Virus record (IMG/VR): IMGVR_UViG_3300042139_000023
Length of the DNA stretch: 64,000 nucleotides
Source: a virus
Lineage: Duplodnaviria; Caudoviricetes
Reading direction: 5' to 3' (one strand)
This document shows, one piece after another, positions 61,070-64,000 of the stretch; within the stretch, counting starts at the first letter, position 1; each line of letters starts with the position of its first letter. Both the position numbers and the translations under genes were made by a program. The notes beneath the pieces are model-generated. The model was not told where the DNA came from, searched no databases, and worked only from the letters and a program-made list of their open reading frames with translations.

Positions 61070-61446
61070 GGTCACTCCTTGTCTCTCAGGAGGAGCGTAC
61101 GGCATCGCGGACCAACGGCAGGAAAACGGCCCAGAAAATCCGGAAGCCCCCACCTTGCGGCGGGGGCTCTTCGGAAAGGAGAAGAAACGTGGCCGTGACG
61201 GAGTCCTAGGGGGACTCGCACAAGGACGGTTCCTTCTTGGGCGGGGAGGGTGAGTCCTCGCCACACCCATAAGATACCCGAGGTGGGGGGCTTTACGCCA
61301 GTTCCTGCTGGCTACCTCGTGCAATTGCACGCGAAGAGGGCCCCCCAGTCGCACATGGGGGACCCTCTCGCTGCCCGGCAGGAACGGGGACCGGGCAGGG
61401 GCGGTCGGGATCAATCCCGGGTCACCCGCCGCCCGGCTTCACCGGT

Positions 61447-62760
61447 TCAGGAACCCGAGGGACCCGAGACCGAGCCGCCGCCGATGGAGGCCATGGACAG
61501 CGCCGCCTCCTCGCCCGTGCCCAGCGAGACCGCCACCGCCGAGGCGTCGATACCGGCAGCGCCGATGATCGAGCGAACCCGGTACTGGATGTCGTCGTGG
61601 GAGAACGAGCCCTCGAAGGCGTTGATCTCGCCGCCGCCGAGCGCACGGCCCGTGTCGCCCATCACGCGGACCTCGGGGGTCTCGTGACCGCGCAGGAACG
61701 CGGTGACGATGGCCGGGCCGCGCTCCGTCTGGCCACCGGCCGGAACCAGGTACCAGGTCGAAGCGGCGTTCGCCGAGGTGTCGATGAGCGGCAGCCACGG
61801 GGACTCCACGACCGTGAAGCGACCCGCGACCGGCGAGGAGACGTTCTGGCGCATCTCCGTGCCGTCGGGAAGCTGGCGCACCCGGAGATACGTGGTTCCC
61901 TGGGCGATCTCCTGCGCCGTGAGCGCGAGAGACGGCGGAACGAGGAGCACGAAGTTCTGCACCCGGACCTGGCGGCCGTTGACCTGCCGCATCCCGATGT
62001 AGTTGATCGCGTGCTCCAGCGCGTCGAGCGTCAGCGGCGGGTTGCCCGGCACGTAGTTGCCCGCCGGGGCCTGACCGCCGAAGTCCTCGGTCGTGTTGAA
62101 GAAGTCCGCGTTCGGGCCCGTTGCCGTGGCCAGAACACCGGTCGTCAGCACGTCCTCGGTGTCGCGCGCCCACCGCGCCATCTCGGTGGGAAGCTGCTGG
62201 AGAACCCGCAGCTCGTCGTTCATGAACGCTTCCCACGAGAAGGGGAAGCGGGCGCCGTACTTGTTGACGAAGTAGTCCGTGCCCTCGGTGGTGAGGTTGA
62301 AGGTCGGGTACTCCGTCAGCTCCGGGATGCGCGGCAGGGCCCGGACGTGACGCTCGGCGCCGCCGTTGTAGTCGGTCGTCTGCGACTGACCGGCCACGGT
62401 GTCCCAGCGGACCATGCGGGCCGGACGGAAGTCCGGAACCGTGGTACGCACCGAGAAGGTCGGCCACTGCTGCGGCAGATCCGCGTACTGGCCGAGCATG
62501 CTCGCCTGCGAGATCGACTGGAACAGCAGCGGGAAGTCGCCACTGGAGACGGCCTCGCGCAGGCGGCCCATCGCGACCGGGGAGCCGAACTCCGCCTCAC
62601 GCTTGAGGCGCAGGAACTCGACGGCCTTGTTGAGCTTCAGCAGGCGGGAGTCCGCCGACTCGCGGAGGGCGACCCGACGCTTGTTGTGGGCCTCGGCGAT
62701 GCGCTCGAACTCGGGGTTCGTGGTCGCCTTGATTCCGTCGAGGAAGGTGATCGCGCTCAT
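61447..62760 (-). CDS. Major capsid protein (Mu gpT-like HK97 fold)
   Basis: KYGARFPFSWEAFMNDEL, LLVPPSL, WYLV, FLRGHETPEV motifs; 437 aa after the decoration gene. Confidence 0.9.
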   Translation of the reverse strand: MSAITFLDGIKATTNPEFERIAEAHNKRRVALRESADSRLLKLNKAVEFLRLKREAEFGSPVAMGRLREAVSSGDFPLLFQSISQASMLGQYADLPQQWPTFSVRTTVPDFRPARMVRWDTVAGQSQTTDYNGGAERHVRALPRIPELTEYPTFNLTTEGTDYFVNKYGARFPFSWEAFMNDELRVLQQLPTEMARWARDTEDVLTTGVLATATGPNADFFNTTEDFGGQAPAGNYVPGNPPLTLDALEHAINYIGMRQVNGRQVRVQNFVLLVPPSLALTAQEIAQGTTYLRVRQLPDGTEMRQNVSSPVAGRFTVVESPWLPLIDTSANAASTWYLVPAGGQTERGPAIVTAFLRGHETPEVRVMGDTGRALGGGEINAFEGSFSHDDIQYRVRSIIGAAGIDASAVAVSLGTGEEAALSMASIGGGSVSGPSGS

Positions 62761-62777
62761 GTCTCAGATTCCTCCTC

Positions 62778-63266
62778 TCAGGAACCGGTGGCCAGCTTGT
62801 CGGCCACTGCGTTGGTGTCGCCCGGCGTGGGCTGGACGACTCGGACGATCGGAACTCCGGCCGTGGTCTGGCCGACGATGACGCCGAACCACCCGTCGGC
62901 CTCGGAGTTCGCGACCAGCGTGGCGCGCGTCGAACCGGCGGCGACGTTGATGCCGACCGGCGTACCGGAGCCCATCTCCTCCGCGTCCCAGCCCGTGACC
63001 GGGAAGGCGAAGGCACCGGTGAGGGCGATGGACGCCCAGCCCGGCTCCAGCGAGTTCGCGGTGTTGCGCGCGACGGAGACCGTGGTCATGCCGGTCGTGT
63101 AGGTGACCGGCTTGCCGCCGACCTCCTGCGCGAAGCCGACGATCGAGCCGATCTTGACCGGGTCGCCGTTGATCGTGGGGTCGTCGTTGACCGCCGGGTC
63201 ACTGCCCCGGAGCGGCAGCGGAAGGGAGATCCAGTCCGCGTACTTGAAGATCTCGTTCGTGGCCAT
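62778..63266 (-). CDS. Capsid decoration/cement protein (DUF2190-like)
   Basis: MATNEIFK...GDPVKIGSIVGFAQ; position between protease and capsid genes. Confidence 0.7.
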   Translation of the reverse strand: MATNEIFKYADWISLPLPLRGSDPAVNDDPTINGDPVKIGSIVGFAQEVGGKPVTYTTGMTTVSVARNTANSLEPGWASIALTGAFAFPVTGWDAEEMGSGTPVGINVAAGSTRATLVANSEADGWFGVIVGQTTAGVPIVRVVQPTPGDTNAVADKLATGS

Positions 63267-64000
63267 CAGTAGGCACCTCCGCCCAGCAGGCTTCGGATCT
63301 CGGCGAGATCGCTGTCGCCCGTGGAGGAGAAGGACGTCGAGGACTCGGTCAGGCCGAGGCCCGACGGCTCGCGGCCCTCGTTGAGCGCGCCGCGCTCGGT
63401 CTCCCGTCGGAGCTGCTTCAGGTACTCGCGCTCGTGGGTGATCGACTCGTGCAGGTCCTGGTCCGGACGGTAGGACTGCGCGATGCGGATCATGGAGGGA
63501 AGCGGCAGCTTCGCCTCCAGGAGTTCGGTGAGGACGTCACCGGTCGTCTTGCTCTCCTTGAGCGCCTTGTCGGCGGTCTCGGCGCGGTCACGCAGGTACG
63601 TGATCGCTTCCTGGAGCTTGGCGTTCTCGGCTGCCTGCTTCTCGGACTGGCGGCGCGACTCCTGGATCTGCGAAGCCATGCGCGCCACGTCGACGGAAAG
63701 CTGCTCGACGCGGTCGGAGAGGGTGTCCTTGAGGGCGGCCACCTCGCTGAGGAGGGCGCCCGTTCCGATGGTGGACGGAATCGCGGCTGCGGCCTGAGTG
63801 GCGGCATTCGCGGTCTGCTCGGCCGGAGGGGACTCCGGCGTGGCCGACTCGGTCATGGTGACGAGCCTTCCTCCCGCTCCAGCGCGGGTGACGAGGTCAA
63901 CAGAGAGACCTTGCTGAATGCTGCGCACAATACGCTGCCCAGCGGTCTCCTCGATCTGGCCTGCTGCACGGATCGAGAGACCGATCACGCTGTGCAGCTC
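63266..64000 (-). CDS. Capsid maturation protease / scaffold, C-terminal part; 5' end beyond the window
   Basis: Frame open to base 64000; IGLSIRA and SVDLVTRAGAGG motifs followed by a coiled-coil scaffold region. Confidence 0.8.
   Translation of the reverse strand, partial: ELHSVIGLSIRAAGQIEETAGQRIVRSIQQGLSVDLVTRAGAGGRLVTMTESATPESPPAEQTANAATQAAAAIPSTIGTGALLSEVAALKDTLSDRVEQLSVDVARMASQIQESRRQSEKQAAENAKLQEAITYLRDRAETADKALKESKTTGDVLTELLEAKLPLPSMIRIAQSYRPDQDLHESITHEREYLKQLRRETERGALNEGREPSGLGLTESSTSFSSTGDSDLAEIRSLLGGGAY

Larger units (their letters stand above)
1..64000. mobile_element. Tailed actinophage (siphovirus-like) genome segment, probable Streptomyces host
   Basis: Major capsid, head-tail, tail tube, tape measure, tail tip, endolysin and phage replication genes fill the window; no host housekeeping genes are seen. 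Confidence 0.95.

Noticed and set aside
61201-61217. CCTAGG as another GntR operator
   Set aside because: Lacks the flanking GG/CC arms; explained by the minigene stop codon and a local hairpin
54-64000. Many long overlapping or antisense ORFs in the track (e.g. 4413-6128 -, 11018-12838 -, 28793-31102 -, 40672-44358 +, 61597-63102 +)
   Set aside because: Shadow frames of real genes in high-GC DNA: Arg/Gly/Pro/Ala-rich translations, no RBS or family motifs
1-64000. CRISPR array, tRNA or rRNA genes
   Set aside because: No regularly spaced repeat-spacer units or cloverleaf with T-loop and acceptor stem found by eye; a tRNAscan-SE/Aragorn run would be needed to fully exclude tRNAs

Overview
The window is almost certainly most of the genome of a tailed (siphovirus-type) actinophage, most likely infecting Streptomyces (high GC, Streptomyces-type endolysin, HrdB-like promoters, Streptomyces plasmid-family genes). 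Layout: the 5' end of a leftward endolysin at 1-197 (not in the ORF track); a rightward 0.3-17.4 kb island rich in membrane, secreted and lipoproteins; a rightward replication/recombination block at 18-34.9 kb (UvrD-like helicase, Cas4-like exonuclease, RecT-like protein, primase-helicase, family A DNA polymerase, RuvC-like resolvase); a leftward tail and head-tail module at 34.8-51.4 kb with two glycosyltransferases inserted; an AT-richer non-coding segment and a rightward block of small genes at 51.5-60.2 kb that splits the virion genes; and leftward head genes at 60.2-64 kb, truncated in the protease/scaffold gene. Terminase, portal, holin, integrase and TraB/FtsK are not in the window. The most striking feature is an apparent plasmid-type mycelial spread module: an SpdB-like membrane protein, a divergently transcribed KorA/TraR-type GntR-UTRA repressor, multi-TM proteins, a lytic transglycosylase and NlpC/P60 peptidases. 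These are tied together by a rare GGCCTAGGCC palindrome lying in or next to the predicted promoters. All family assignments come from motif recognition by eye, not database searches.
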